DNA of 61,921 nucleotides, the filler included, from Choristocarpus tenellus KU-1152 (lineage: Eukaryota > Protista > Phaeophyceae): the NCBI GenBank assembly GCA_964200185.2. It is 13 parts of 13 records of this genome, joined end to end, with 100 filler letters (N's around TTAATTAATTAA, not from the genome) between each part and the next. Parts side by side here need not be neighbours in the genome. Positions count along the whole stretch, not along the records: positions 13,751 to 17,709 come from CAXNAD020016930.1; positions 17,810 to 21,234 come from CAXNAD020020122.1; positions 21,335 to 24,393 come from CAXNAD020022613.1; positions 24,494 to 27,608 come from CAXNAD020022220.1; 9 more parts are not named here. One strand, given 5' to 3'. The notes beneath the pieces are model-generated. The model did not search any database. It was not told where the DNA came from and saw only the letters and a program-made list of their open reading frames with translations. The position numbers and the translations under genes are program-made. The first letter of the stretch is position 1. The number at the start of each line of letters is the position of its first letter. Of this stretch, positions 13,813 through 25,278 are shown in pieces.

Positions 13813-15967
13813 TGTTGAAATATTCTACCCTGGACCCGCAGCTTTGGTGCTTTGATGAAAGACGGTGATTAGCTTGGTGTAAATATGCAAAGTTAATATT
13901 ACAAGGGGCTTGTGGTCTCGATTCCGCTGACTGACCATGTGGGTAAGACTATAGCCTAGACTACCATTATTATTTCTATAGTGTGGGGTTTGTAATCGTC
14001 CACACTAATTGACTATATGAATCACTTATTCACTTGTCTTAAGTTTAGAAAGTGTATCTTGAACGTGATATAAAAAATCAATCAACAATATGAGTCAGTA
14101 CATACAATATATCTGTCGCTGGCTCTCCATCCTAATATGTTATCCACCGGTGGTGTCTATGTGTTTCAGCAGCACTATCTACGAACACTCTCCCTTGCTG
14201 CGCAGACGCTATACACCCTGAGAATCTACTTCTCTGAAACTTGGAGAAATAAATAAATTTCTGCTAACTCTCTCAAAAACAATGCGACAAATATAACCTA
14301 TCATCAATGTTGACGTTGGATCTGTGTAGGTATAAAAAAATCAGTCATCAATTCTTAACTTTTGTCCTACTGCAGTCTCACGTGGAAACAGTATCAGTTA
14401 CTTTCTCCTGCAGGTCCTTAGCAATGCCATGTTGCGTCTCCCACAATCAATGAGATGGCAGGATCCTTAGCAATGCATATAGCGTCTCCTCAATCAACAA
14501 AACCTCCCTAGTACATCACTACTGCAGGTCACTGGAACACAGATCCTACCTCATATCTACCTCCCTATTGTGGTCTCCAGTGGAAACATTATCGGATACT
14601 TCTCCTGCGGGTCCTTAGCAATGCCATGTTGCGTCTCCCACAATCCATGAGATGGTAGGGTCCTTAGCAATGCATACAGCGTCTCCTACAATCAACAAAA
14701 TCTCCCTTAGTACATCACCACTACAAATCTCTGGAATAAAGTAATATGGTAGAGCTGTTACTGCCGACCTATCCTATCACAATCTCTACGAACACATTCT
14801 GGGGTGTTTTCTACTGTGGGTATGCACCAAAATAGACAACAGATGGGGGACAAACTCAAATTAAAACATTTGGAGAAACAAACACAAGGAAGACAGTCAC
14901 AAGTGGTAATGTTCTCTGTCACCGAATTAAGAGCTCCTGATGAAGCCTTTCAACCATTCCAGTCTCGAACTGATGTCCTCCACCTCTCGAAATTTGGTTG
15001 GGGGAGAAGGAGTTGTGGTCGATACCATATGCGATCCCTCCTTAGCCCCCCTTCCAGAAGGTCTTCCTGTCCTCTCCCTGACTCGAACAGTCAGGGGGTA
15101 TTCGCTCACCTCGTGACTTATCCCTGTGGATCTCATGCATCTTCTACCTTGGTTGTCATGTTCCCCCAGTCTTATAGCCTGATTAAGGTCGGGGCAGTCG
15201 TACTTGGTGTGGTCATCTTTGCTACACATAAAACTGAATATGCGGCCCTTTCCTCGACCGTTTCTACCAGCAGTGCCCCCTTCCCGCACTCACAACCAGA
15301 GCATGGCAGTTCCCTTCGCCACTTGAAGAACTTGACAAACTCCATGCTGGAAGTATTTACCTCGACTTCACGTTCACTGCCCAGACTGATCCCCCACAGA
15401 TAGATGATATCCGTGCCATGAAGACTGAGGTCACAGTCATAGACTCCAAAGGTAGCTTGAGCTCTCACTGAAAAAGCGAGGAAATCCTCTCCCAACTTCC
15501 CAGTGAACATGGGAAGGTTGGCAACTTGGTGGGGTTGCCGGGAGATACCTTGTACACAACAATAACATGCTCACTACTAGCCTCGTCGATCAGCATAACA
15601 TCCCAGGAATAATAGACCCACTACGTAGCGTGTTGAAATATTCCACACTGGACCTGTGGCTTTGGTGCTTTGATGAAAGACGATGAATAGCTTGGGTGTC
15701 AATATGCAAAGTTAATATTACAAGGGGATTGTGGTCTCGATTCCGCTGACTATGTGGGTAAGACTATAGCTTAGACTACCATTTTTATTTCTATAGTGTG
15801 GGGTTTGTAATCGTCCACACTAATTGACTATGAATAACTTATTCACTTGTCTTTAGTTTAGAAAGTGTATCTTGAACGTTCAATATATCTGTCACTGGCT
15901 CTCCATCCACATATGTTATCCACCGGTGGTGTGTGTCTATGTGTATCAGCAGGACTATCTACAAACA
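13813..15967 (-). mobile_element. Nested, internally deleted LTR retroelement (LTRs 13813-14187 and 15631-15967) with gag remnant
   Basis: Both LTRs run TGTTG...AACA. 5-bp TSD tagga/cagga. Purine tract on the minus strand abuts 14188. Degenerate zinc knuckle SFMCSKDDHTKYDC at ~15230-15190. Confidence 0.9.
14365..14735. repeat. ~200-bp tandem duplication inside the nested LTR element
   Basis: The block ctcctgc(a/g)ggtccttagcaatgccatgttgcgtctcccacaatc occurs at ~14400 and ~14600. Confidence 0.85.
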
Positions 15968-17970
15968 CAGGATACCAGTAACATGCTTACTCGTTGGGCT
16001 ATTACGCTCCAAGCTTATCATATTTCACTGTCAAACACAAGCCCGGTAAGCTCAATGTTACACCTGATACTCTATCTCGTATTTTCAAATTGGAGGAAGA
16101 GGAGAAATCCGTTGCTCCAATCCTGGCACTAATCTGTCATAATGTGCATGAAGGTAGTTGTGCATTTTCCACACGTGTTCAAAAGGAATATGAGTTATCT
16201 GCTTCTAACCTCGACCAAGCAACACCCGTCCAAAGTGATCGTGAACTATTTACTGGTTCCACTACCGTGTTTCCTGCAGTGGACCCGGAGCAATTGCACA
16301 TGGAGCAGGAATCCGAGTTCGAACCATATTTCAGGTATTTGCAGTGCCACAACGTCGCCCCACCAACTTATATGGAATCAACGACGTCTATGTCGTATTT
16401 TTCCCTTCGAAATCGCTTACTGTATCGTTCGCGTTTACCCGGCCATTGTCCTAAGAGGAGCACGTTTAGAGATCAGTTGTTCGTTCCACACTCGGTAGTC
16501 CATTTTGTACTCCATGTTTGTCATGACCATGCATCGTCTGGAGGCCACTTAGGATTCAAACCCACGTTCGATAAGGTTAGAGACTCGTATTGGTGGCCAA
16601 TATTCAATATCGACGTTCGTACATGGTGTCGTGATTGCCAAGCATGCCAAACGCGTAAGACTGCTCATAAGAAACCTACGCTTCCCACTGGCCATAGGCC
16701 GGTCGACAGACCATTTCAACGTGTTGCTATTGATTTGGTAGAGTACAAGACACGTTCCCCAGCAGCAAATGGTGTGATGTGCTCATGTGTGTTGTCTGCC
16801 ATCGATCACCTCACTCGTTTTGTTGTACTGAGCCCTATTCCAAACAAAGAGGCCGCAAAAATTGCTCGTACACTGGTAGGACTTGCATTTTCAATTTTGG
16901 TCCACCCAAGTTGTGACACTCCGATCAAGGTACCGAATTTGAAAACAGTGTTGTTGCAGAGTTGCAATTTGTCTTTGGTTACAAGAAAACCAAAACCACA
17001 CCGTATCACCCCCAGGGAAATTCTGTGTTAGAAAGAGTACATGCTACGTTTCATTCTATGCTAGCAATGCATATCTCTGTTACTGAGGATAAGTAGGCAT
17101 TGTTATTGCCTTTCGTACAGTTAGCCCATAACATAGTATTCAGTGCAAATTTGCATGAAACCCCGTTTTTCCTTCTGTTTGGAAGACAAGCTCGTTTACC
17201 TGTTGACATTATCCTTGGTTCGTCCAATAATGCTGATTCAGATGTCACTACTGAAGCGTTAACTCAGCAAACCAAAGATAGTTTACAGCTTGAATTTGAG
17301 TTGGCCCGTCGTAATCTCCATGAACACGTTAACAGTCAGGAGCGTGTCAACCAATGTCTCGTGCTCCCCGTTTTCGTACCTGGTGATCAAGTTCTAATCC
17401 ATAAGCCACATGAGAGTACTGATGGTCCGAATCGGAAGTTACTTCACCCTTGGAGGGGTCCGGATGAAGTGCATTCTAAGGTATCACGCATCATATACAG
17501 GGTAGTACTACAAGGAAACCCACGTCTGTTTTCTGTTCATCTGAATAGGATGAAACGCTACTATCCTCAAGTTCAACCTCCCACACCAGATTTGAATTAA
17601 CTGGATTATTTATTTCTGGGAAAACCAATACCATTACCGGGTGTAGACCATCAAATCTCTCAACCTGTTATTGGCCAATATACTATTGATGGCATTGTTG
17701 GACATAGACNNNNNNNNNNNNNNNNNNNNNNNNNNNNNNNNNNNNNNNNNNNNTTAATTAATTAANNNNNNNNNNNNNNNNNNNNNNNNNNNNNNNNNNN
17801 NNNNNNNNNGGGAAAAAAAATTATAGCGAGGTGTGGGCGCTAAACTGGTGTCGGTTGGTGGCCTCCCCAGGAAAAGGCCCCACCCCCCCCCCCCCCCCCC
17901 ATTCCCTTTTCGCTAACATGCTCACAAGTTCACTTTTTGGATAGAAGAGATGCCGCGGGCCTGTGTTGTG

Positions 17971-18000
17971 GGGTTAGGGTTAGGGTTAGGGTTAGGGTTA
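17971..18000 (+). repeat. Interstitial (GGGTTA)5 telomere-type repeat
   Basis: Perfect hexamer run, internal to the contig. Confidence 0.95.
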
Positions 18001-18016
18001 AGTGTATCAGTGCAGA

Positions 18017-18283
18017 GAGTGAAAGCATCTTAGATGGTACGAGTTTTGCCTTGTTTGTCTATTGTCCGTTTGGGGCTTGGCTTCCCACGTTTTTCTTATC
18101 GCATTTTCCTACTTGAAAATGTTTCGGAGTAGGTAAAATGTATACGTTGTGAGAATGTGTGCCCAGAACGTGGATATTGACACTACTTCCTAACAAACAC
18201 GATAGCCAAAATTACATCAATATCGCAACATTGGATTTTGCCCCCAAATGGACACAGCTCTACCCTCTAAGATACTTTGGCTC
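18017..18283 (-). mobile_element. MITE (family 1), reverse orientation
   Basis: Both TIRs present; 4-bp flank duplication caga/caga. Confidence 0.95.
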
Positions 18284-18714
18284 CAGACCCAGGAAGGTTG
18301 TGAGAGGTCTCTTTTTTTTCTTTTTTTTAACGCTGTGGTAAGGATGTATAAACTTCACTGATTGCGACTGTGATGATGGTCGTTGTAACACCTACCTTTT
18401 TGAAACCTTTTTCTAGGAAACCGTGATCATTTCCTTGGCGAACTCTGATCTGTCTTGCGGGAAGGCGTTGTGAAAAAGGGGCGAGAACGTTCCGCCCTCT
18501 TTTTTGTATTGCTTTTTGTTCGCAGTGGGTGTGTCTGCCCCTTCTCATTTTGTGACTCTTTTTAATGGTACCGGCCTACTTTGAAACTATGTTGCAACAT
18601 ATCGCAGCAGTAGGTTTACTCCGAGCGTCGACGTAGACGCCTTGTATTGCCCAGAGAACTGAACTGAGCAGCAGAGCAATTCAAAATTGTCTTCTGAAGC
18701 ATCTCCCAATATCA

Positions 18715-19140
18715 TCTAATAGCACTATGCAATACACTACTAAGAATATTTTAATTGTACTATGTAATGCACTACTAAGAATATTCTAATAATACTATGT
18801 AATACACTACTAAGAATTTTCTAATAATACTATGTAATACACTACTAAGAATATTCTAATAATACTATGTAATACACTACTAACAATATTCTAATAATGC
18901 TATGTAATGCACTACTAAGAATATTCTTATAATACTATGTAAGACACTACTAACAATATTCTAATAATGCTATGTAGTACACTACTAAGAATATCCTAAT
19001 AGTACCATGTAATACACTACTAAGAGTATTCTAATAGTACTGTGTAATACACTACTAAGAATATTCTAGTAGTACTGTGTAATACACTACTAAGAATATT
19101 CTTATAATACTATGTAGTACCCTTCTAAGAACATTCTATT
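18715..19140. repeat. 35-bp AT-rich minisatellite, ~12 copies
   Basis: Unit taatacactactaagaatattctaataatactatg, head-to-tail with no spacers. Confidence 0.95.
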
Positions 19141-19323
19141 TTTTTGTTTCAAAGCCTGCTCTCCGCTTGTTCCATTCACTCCCTGATTTCGATGCAAGAA
19201 CAAAGAACATATATATATTTTTCTACGTTACCTCTCTAATTCCCGCAATTAAAAATATACATATTTTTTTGCATTATATCCGATCCCGTTAATTCTTTTT
19301 ACTACAAAAAAAAGCACTTTCAG

Positions 19324-19548
19324 GAGGGAGTTCAGGCGTCTGCGCTGCAGCTCTTCGATAGCCGTGGCAGGGGCGTGGTAGATTTCCGTAATCTGTGTCG
19401 TGCACTGGCTCTTTGTTGCCGCGGGACTCGCACGGAGAGGTTACGGTTCCTCTTTGATCTGTTCTCTTCTCCTACTCTCCAGAAGCACTATGGCACAGGG
19501 GCGGATGGGGGTCCACGTGATGTGACTGGCAATGCGAGTTTGTCAGAG
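19324..19548 (+). CDS. Exon encoding an EF-hand pair (recoverin/USP32-N-like)
   Basis: tttcag|...LFDSRGRGVVDFRNLCRALALCCRGTRTERLRFLFDLF...SE|gtgtgt. Confidence 0.75.
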
Positions 19549-19559
19549 GTGTGTATTAG

Positions 19560-19840
19560 GGTTGGGGTTGGGGTTAGTGTGTGGATTTTTGGCTGGGAGA
19601 GGGATGGGTGATGTTAGAGAAAAGGTGGGCGTTGACAGACGGGATTGAGTAAGGTTAGGGTGTGGATGTTCAGGTGGGAGAGGGAGGGATTGTGTTAGAG
19701 AAAAGGTAGGCGTTGGCAGATGGGACTTATTAGGGTTATGGTTATGGTTAGGGTGTGGATTTTTAGGTGGGAGAGGGAGTGGTGGTGTTAGAGAAAGGTA
19801 GGCGTTGACAGATGGGGATCATGTCCTTGGTTAGGGTATT
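19560..19840. repeat. Imperfect ~81-94-bp tandem repeat, 3 copies, G-rich with GGTTAGGG cores
   Basis: Recurring ggttagggtgtggattt...gggagaggga...gttagagaaa(a)ggt(a/g)ggcgttg. Confidence 0.8.
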
Positions 19841-21334
19841 TTTTTAATTTTTTGGAAGACGATGCGTGTTGTGTAGTTGAGATAGAGCTGGTGTGATACA
19901 ATGTAAGAAGATGGTTCTAATAATTGAAGTAGTGATAACATATCAGTACATATTACAGCAAATGATTGTATGCATATTTTGTTAGTAGGGCTCCTTTTAT
20001 GTTACCACTGCATTGTGTTGTGTTTTTCGATATTTTAATGTTGCATTTGGAACAGGGTTTGGGATACGGGGTTAGGGTGGAAATGGTTCCAAGGGTTTGA
20101 TGGAAGTAGGTTTGGTGCATACAATGGCGAGAGCAAGGGACAAGGTGTCGCCAGGAAATTTCAAAGAAAGATAAATGCGCAGCAAGAGTATCCGATCATT
20201 GGGTTGATGAATTTGCATTTTGTGAGTTTCATCGCTAAAAGAAAATAGTGAAGAGCACTTTTTGAAATGAGGGTGTTTGAATTTGGGTTACGACCTCGGG
20301 AGAAGTTTTTCCTTTTATAAAAAAAAGAAAAAGAAAAAAAAGGAGGGTTTCTTTCGACAACACGTAATCTTGAAGATGATATTTTCGAAAGAGGGTTTTC
20401 AATCAAGTAGAGTATTTTTTTTAGTATTGATTGATAAAAAAAGAAAAAAGTCGCGATTGAATCCTGCGGCTCTTCTTTTTTTTTAATCTAAATTGGAAAT
20501 AAATATATAAATATGTGTGTGTATTTTGTGTCTACTCGTGCGAATTCAATTGAGAAAAATACGTAAATGTATCGGTATGATCCCCCACTGCCTCTCCTTC
20601 TATCGTTGCTATGTTTCCCTTTTTGGGTCTTCCCTCCAATTTACCTACAATTTACCTACAATTTACCTCAGGACGAGTGGGTTCGTTCCTCAGAGAGGGT
20701 CAAGCCCCTTAGTTTAGGTTTCCAGTACTAGGTGATTTGAGACTTGTGTGTCATAAGTAGATAGATATACCTTCAAATCTGAACAAACTTCATCTTGACT
20801 TGATATTTTGTACGTCGAAAAAAGAACTCTGCTTGAGAAGGCTTAAAAAAAAAATTAAGTTCGAAGGATGTCGAGTTAGTCCCCTTGCGCTCTTTTAGTT
20901 TTTAGGGTTAGGGTTAGGGTTAGGTAGATTGTAAGTAATTGTATCGCTAGTTGATGGTATTTACAACAAATACGAATTCATAGACATACACAGGTGAGGG
21001 TTGCTTGACGATTTTAACATCTAAAGAACCGAGGATCTCTGGTTATTGTAGGCAAAATCTCTCATCTATGCTTAGGGTTAGGGATGGTACACTTGGTACT
21101 GTATTTTATTGATTCTTGATAAGCTACCACCTGTCAGGCGTTTCTTCCATCCATGTGCCAGGGTTAGGTCACCTGCATGTCAATGTACATCAAAGCTTAA
21201 AAAAAAAAAAATGTTGGGGCCCGGGGGGGGGGGGNNNNNNNNNNNNNNNNNNNNNNNNNNNNNNNNNNNNNNNNNNNNTTAATTAATTAANNNNNNNNNN
21301 NNNNNNNNNNNNNNNNNNNNNNNNNNNNNNNNNN

Positions 21335-22375
21335 CCAGATACTTTGAGTCACCAGTCATGCCCCGCCCTCTACCTGGTGCACAATGCTATAGACTCTGAA
21401 GGACTTCAAGAATGGGATTACAAGTTTATTAGGATTTATTGGAGAACATCTGAGGCATAACAATGACCGCCCACAGGAGCAGAAGAATCCTACAAATTCA
21501 AATCACACACTCAGATCATCAACCGATAAAATCAGTCAAAATACAAAAAATATTGCGGGGGGTAAGCACAGATCCAAGAACAAGGGAGTTGCCTTCAATT
21601 TTGTGTTGGGATTAATCAAAGTTGTTGGGTGGCTGACAGTTTCAGGCATCTCGTCTGTCATAATATATCTCATTGCAACAGTCCTATACGGGCTGCTCTG
21701 GTTCCGTGGCATTCTCAGCATATTCCAGTGGTACGATTGGGTTCGCAGAAAGCACGACAACTCTAAAACGGAGGACATAAAGGAGATCAGGGCGGAGATA
21801 AGGAAAGTGTTACCATCAGGGGAGAGGTGGATGGATTGGGAGAAGGCTGAGGGGTGTGCGGCAAACTTCATACCAAAAAACGGTACCGGGTTTGACATTA
21901 GACCCTTCCTGCTGAGGACAACAGGTCAAGAGCTGAGTACGCTGCATGAGCTTATTGAGGACCCTTTCAAGGATGAGGATGTAAGTGCTGAGGGAAAAGG
22001 AAGAAATTGGAGACAAAATTGTCTGTTCATTATCTTCTTGGTGTCACACCCAACTTTACAAATTCCACCTATTTAAAGGCAGTCATTATCCATCAAAATT
22101 TTCTTGTTTCAATTGCCGTAAATACTGTTGAGGACTCTTTCGTATCTGCACTGATTTGCATGGTTGTGCACTACCTGTGTGAGGGCTATATTTTCCTGTT
22201 GACCTACCATATTGCATCACTTGTCCGTCTTGACAGGGAAACCTGTGGGAGGGTGGCGAAAAAAAGGGGTGTGTGACTGTAGGAGATCTACGGCGATACA
22301 GGCACTACGCGAAGAAGGATCTGAAGGACTTGATTGAAGATCTGAAAAAGCACCTGAACAACTGATGCCTCTTCC
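21335..22375 (+). pseudogene. Frameshifted, apparently intron-free ORF for an unknown membrane protein
   Basis: Hydrophobic segments VVGWLTVSGISSVIIYLIATVLYGLLW and FVSALICMVVHYLCEGYIFLL lie in different frames (ORFs 21603-22076 and 22007-22276). Confidence 0.4.
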
Positions 22376-22673
22376 ATGAAAATCGACAGAGAAAAAGAGC
22401 AAAGGAGTGATAACCGATGCCAGGACCCACACTTCCTGTACATTTATGTGTGCGTTTGTTTATTAGCAGCGTTTCCTGTATTTGCTAATTGGGGCATGTT
22501 TTGATACTCCTGATGGTGTCAACCCTCGAGGAAACCCTACAACATTAGACGCATCTTGAATTAGTCTGACAAGGTCGTTCTACTGTGAAGTCCTCCATAG
22601 ATAGATTGAATAATTTATTTTATGGTAGGTGTGGGTGTACAACTCCTCGTTCCTACCTGAGGTGCCAGTGGTT

Positions 22674-22802
22674 GAGCCAAAGTATACCTTTCACCTACTC
22701 CTAAACATTTCGGAGTAGGAAAATATCATTTAAAAAGACGTGGGAAGTCAAGCCTTAAATGGACAAACAGGGAAAAACTCGTACCCTCTAATACTTTCAC
22801 TC
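22674..22802 (+). mobile_element. Internally deleted MITE (family 1)
   Basis: Both termini retained; flanks gtt/gtt. Confidence 0.85.
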
Positions 22803-22926
22803 GTTATCCTCAAACCTGGGATCAATGTAGTGTACTCTTCACATTATAACATTGATCTATCTCATCATTCCCTGATGGGGAACATTGTAGTGATTGCCTC
22901 CAGAAGAGTGTCTGTTCGAGATGATG

Positions 22927-23138
22927 AAAAATCCAATGTTGCTATTTTCATGAATTTTCGATATCTTGTTTGTTAGCAAGTGTCGATATCCTTGCTCTGG
23001 ACACACTTTTCATAGTCGTATACATTTTATTTAACTTTGTTCAAACAGAAAGCCGAAAAAGGGAGAAAAACCGTTTAAAGCCAAGCCCCAAACGGACAAA
23101 CAGGGCTAAACTCCTACCTTCTTAATTTGCTTTGGGTC
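22927..23138 (+). mobile_element. Degenerate MITE (family 1)
   Basis: Diverged match from aaaatccaatgttg to the right TIR. Confidence 0.7.
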
Positions 23139-24493
23139 AGAATACTCTAGAATATCTTCTAAATATACCCCTCCCAAACATATTTTTGAAAACTTATCTT
23201 TTGTGTATAGTTTGAATGCCTTTCACTCTCAGGGCTTGCATGATACCTCGCACATATGGGGAGTGCATATGCAAAGAGGGAATCCATAATCTTTATCAGA
23301 GGGAATCCTATAATGCATTCGACTATTTTAATTGACAGAATTTTCGCTGCTGTCCTTGCTATGGACGGAAAATGGTTTGATGATCAACTCCTGATCTCAT
23401 CACCTTTGAGGCCTTTCGTTGATGGTTTCAAGGGAAGAACCCCTACTAATACACACAGTAGATATATTTTGATAGTACTGGAGAAGGGTCGTAAAAGAAC
23501 GAAGATTTTGTTTCATACCTTTGCCTCTTGCTACAAGCTGGTTGTTTGCGTATTATACATATCACGTGCGCCTGGTTTCATACGCTTCTTAAGCACCTTA
23601 GGGTGTTCATTTTTGGGATGTGCATAGTGGTTCGTCGGAAGCATTCCTCCACAGTGTGGTATCTTGTCCAAGGAATCTATGGTTCACACACTGTGAGATG
23701 AGGATGCAGGTGGCCACGTTGGGCTCTGTGATGTTCACCAAGCACACAAAAGTGTAGATATTATTTTGACCGAGATAATGACTGGGAGGGGGGGATGCAA
23801 CCACGGGATTGAGATTCCGGCAATTATGATGAGGAATCGTGCCTGCTATGAAGTTGCCTTAGCTTTAGGTGGTCGTGGACATGGAACCCAGAGAATATGA
23901 GGGACAAGATTGATGGAAGCTTGCTAACCTGTGCATTTAGGACAATATTCCTACCACAGTATACATGATACACCAATGGATTAGGAAGGAGGGGCATGTG
24001 ACAGTGACCTTGGTTAGATTTTGGTAAGATAATATGTGTTGACGGGCAGAAGACTCAATGAAAAATCATATATATTTTTTACCTTCATTCCTGTATCAGA
24101 ATTGTCACAAACCTATCACAGAATGGACTCAGCCCTCCTCTCCACCGACATGGATATGTTTCTCTTCCTGTCTGCTGCAGAGGTGTATCCACTACTACAC
24201 ATAATGACACTCTCTCGCGTCAAGCCCTGCCTTTACCCATGACATGGTAGCGGGGTTCAACTAACGTTTACCATAGTGAGTACTCTTCCTGTCTGGAATA
24301 AATCTCGTTTTGTCAAAAGAAATTTCTACAAACGGCCGCGCACCCCCCCCCCCCACCCCCCCCCCATGCTACACCACGCCCCCCCGCAACACCNNNNNNN
24401 NNNNNNNNNNNNNNNNNNNNNNNNNNNNNNNNNNNNNTTAATTAATTAANNNNNNNNNNNNNNNNNNNNNNNNNNNNNNNNNNNNNNNNNNNN

Positions 24494-24563
24494 ATACCAA
24501 GCTGTTCTTTGTCCTTCATTAAAGCACCATAAAAGCCGCGGGTCCAGTGTGTGATAGTTCAAC
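24494..24563 (+). mobile_element. LTR end related to the 13813/15631 LTRs, truncated by the contig start
   Basis: Reverse complement tgttgaactatcacacactggacccgcggc...tggtgctttaatgaagga matches the LTR start. Confidence 0.75.
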
Positions 24564-25278
24564 AAAGGAATGAACATTTTTATCAAGCAAATGGACTCGA
24601 GCGTTTGCTGGACAACAGTAGTATGTGGCAATCTAGTACAACGGGCGTACATACAGTTTTTCCCATATACATGTATGTACATATGCATGACTTCTTAATT
24701 TATCTGCCAGCTATTTCTTCCATTGACTGCTTTCTCCACTGGTGCTTCAAAGCAATATGATAAATCAAACTAACGTAATGGGCGAAATAAAAATATACAG
24801 CAAATAGGGCTGCTTTGTAGGAAAAAATTGTGCACGGTTCCAAACGTTATTCTCGACAACGCATTATGGACGTTGCAGAATTAAGTTTTGAATGTTACAC
24901 TGCTAACAGGTGCTAAGCGCAAACCTTTGTGCTAGATGATGGACAATATAGAGCAACCCAATTGGGCCCTGAACAATATCCGGCTCACGTAATATAAATA
25001 ACAAAATGATGCAATCTACTATCGTAACTATATACTGCAATATGTCATAACGCAAGTAGCACTATCTCAACGTGTCATGGGTTTTAAGCTGGAGACACCA
25101 GGGAGATGGGCAAGGATGGACTTGTTAGATTCTTGGGATGCTTCCCTAGCTCCTCACCTTGGGTTGCAGGACTAAGCTAGGTTAGAGGCACAGGAAGGCA
25201 GTGGTAGAGCATAGCTGGTAGGAAAATAGTAGATTTATGAATGTCTTTCACATTTTACGACAACTGTTTCTTTTTCAG

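Larger units (their letters stand above)
13751..17709 (+). mobile_element. Ty3/Gypsy LTR retrotransposon pol remnant (RNase H end, integrase, probable chromodomain start); frameshifted and interrupted
   Basis: TDHAALCYL..(insertion)..QDTSNMLTRWAITLQ; zinc finger HDH..GHLG..YWW..CRDCQACQ; rve PFQRVAIDL/IDHLTRF; GPY/F-like WRGP; YTIDGIVGHR at the contig end. Confidence 0.93.

Noticed and set aside
17971-18000. True chromosome end
   Set aside because: Only five hexamers, with unique sequence on both sides.
18715-19140. 35-bp repeat array as a CRISPR
   Set aside because: Units are head-to-tail with no unique spacers, there are no cas genes, and the context is eukaryotic. The same applies to 27895-28175 and 41635-42010.
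20160-20500. AT-rich segment as an organellar insertion
   Set aside because: No recognisable organellar gene or RNA motif; low complexity explains it.
23256-23470. Possible LINE RT fragment on the minus strand (PLKP..KG..SNHFPSIA..AAKILS)
   Set aside because: Too short and degenerate to support as a feature.
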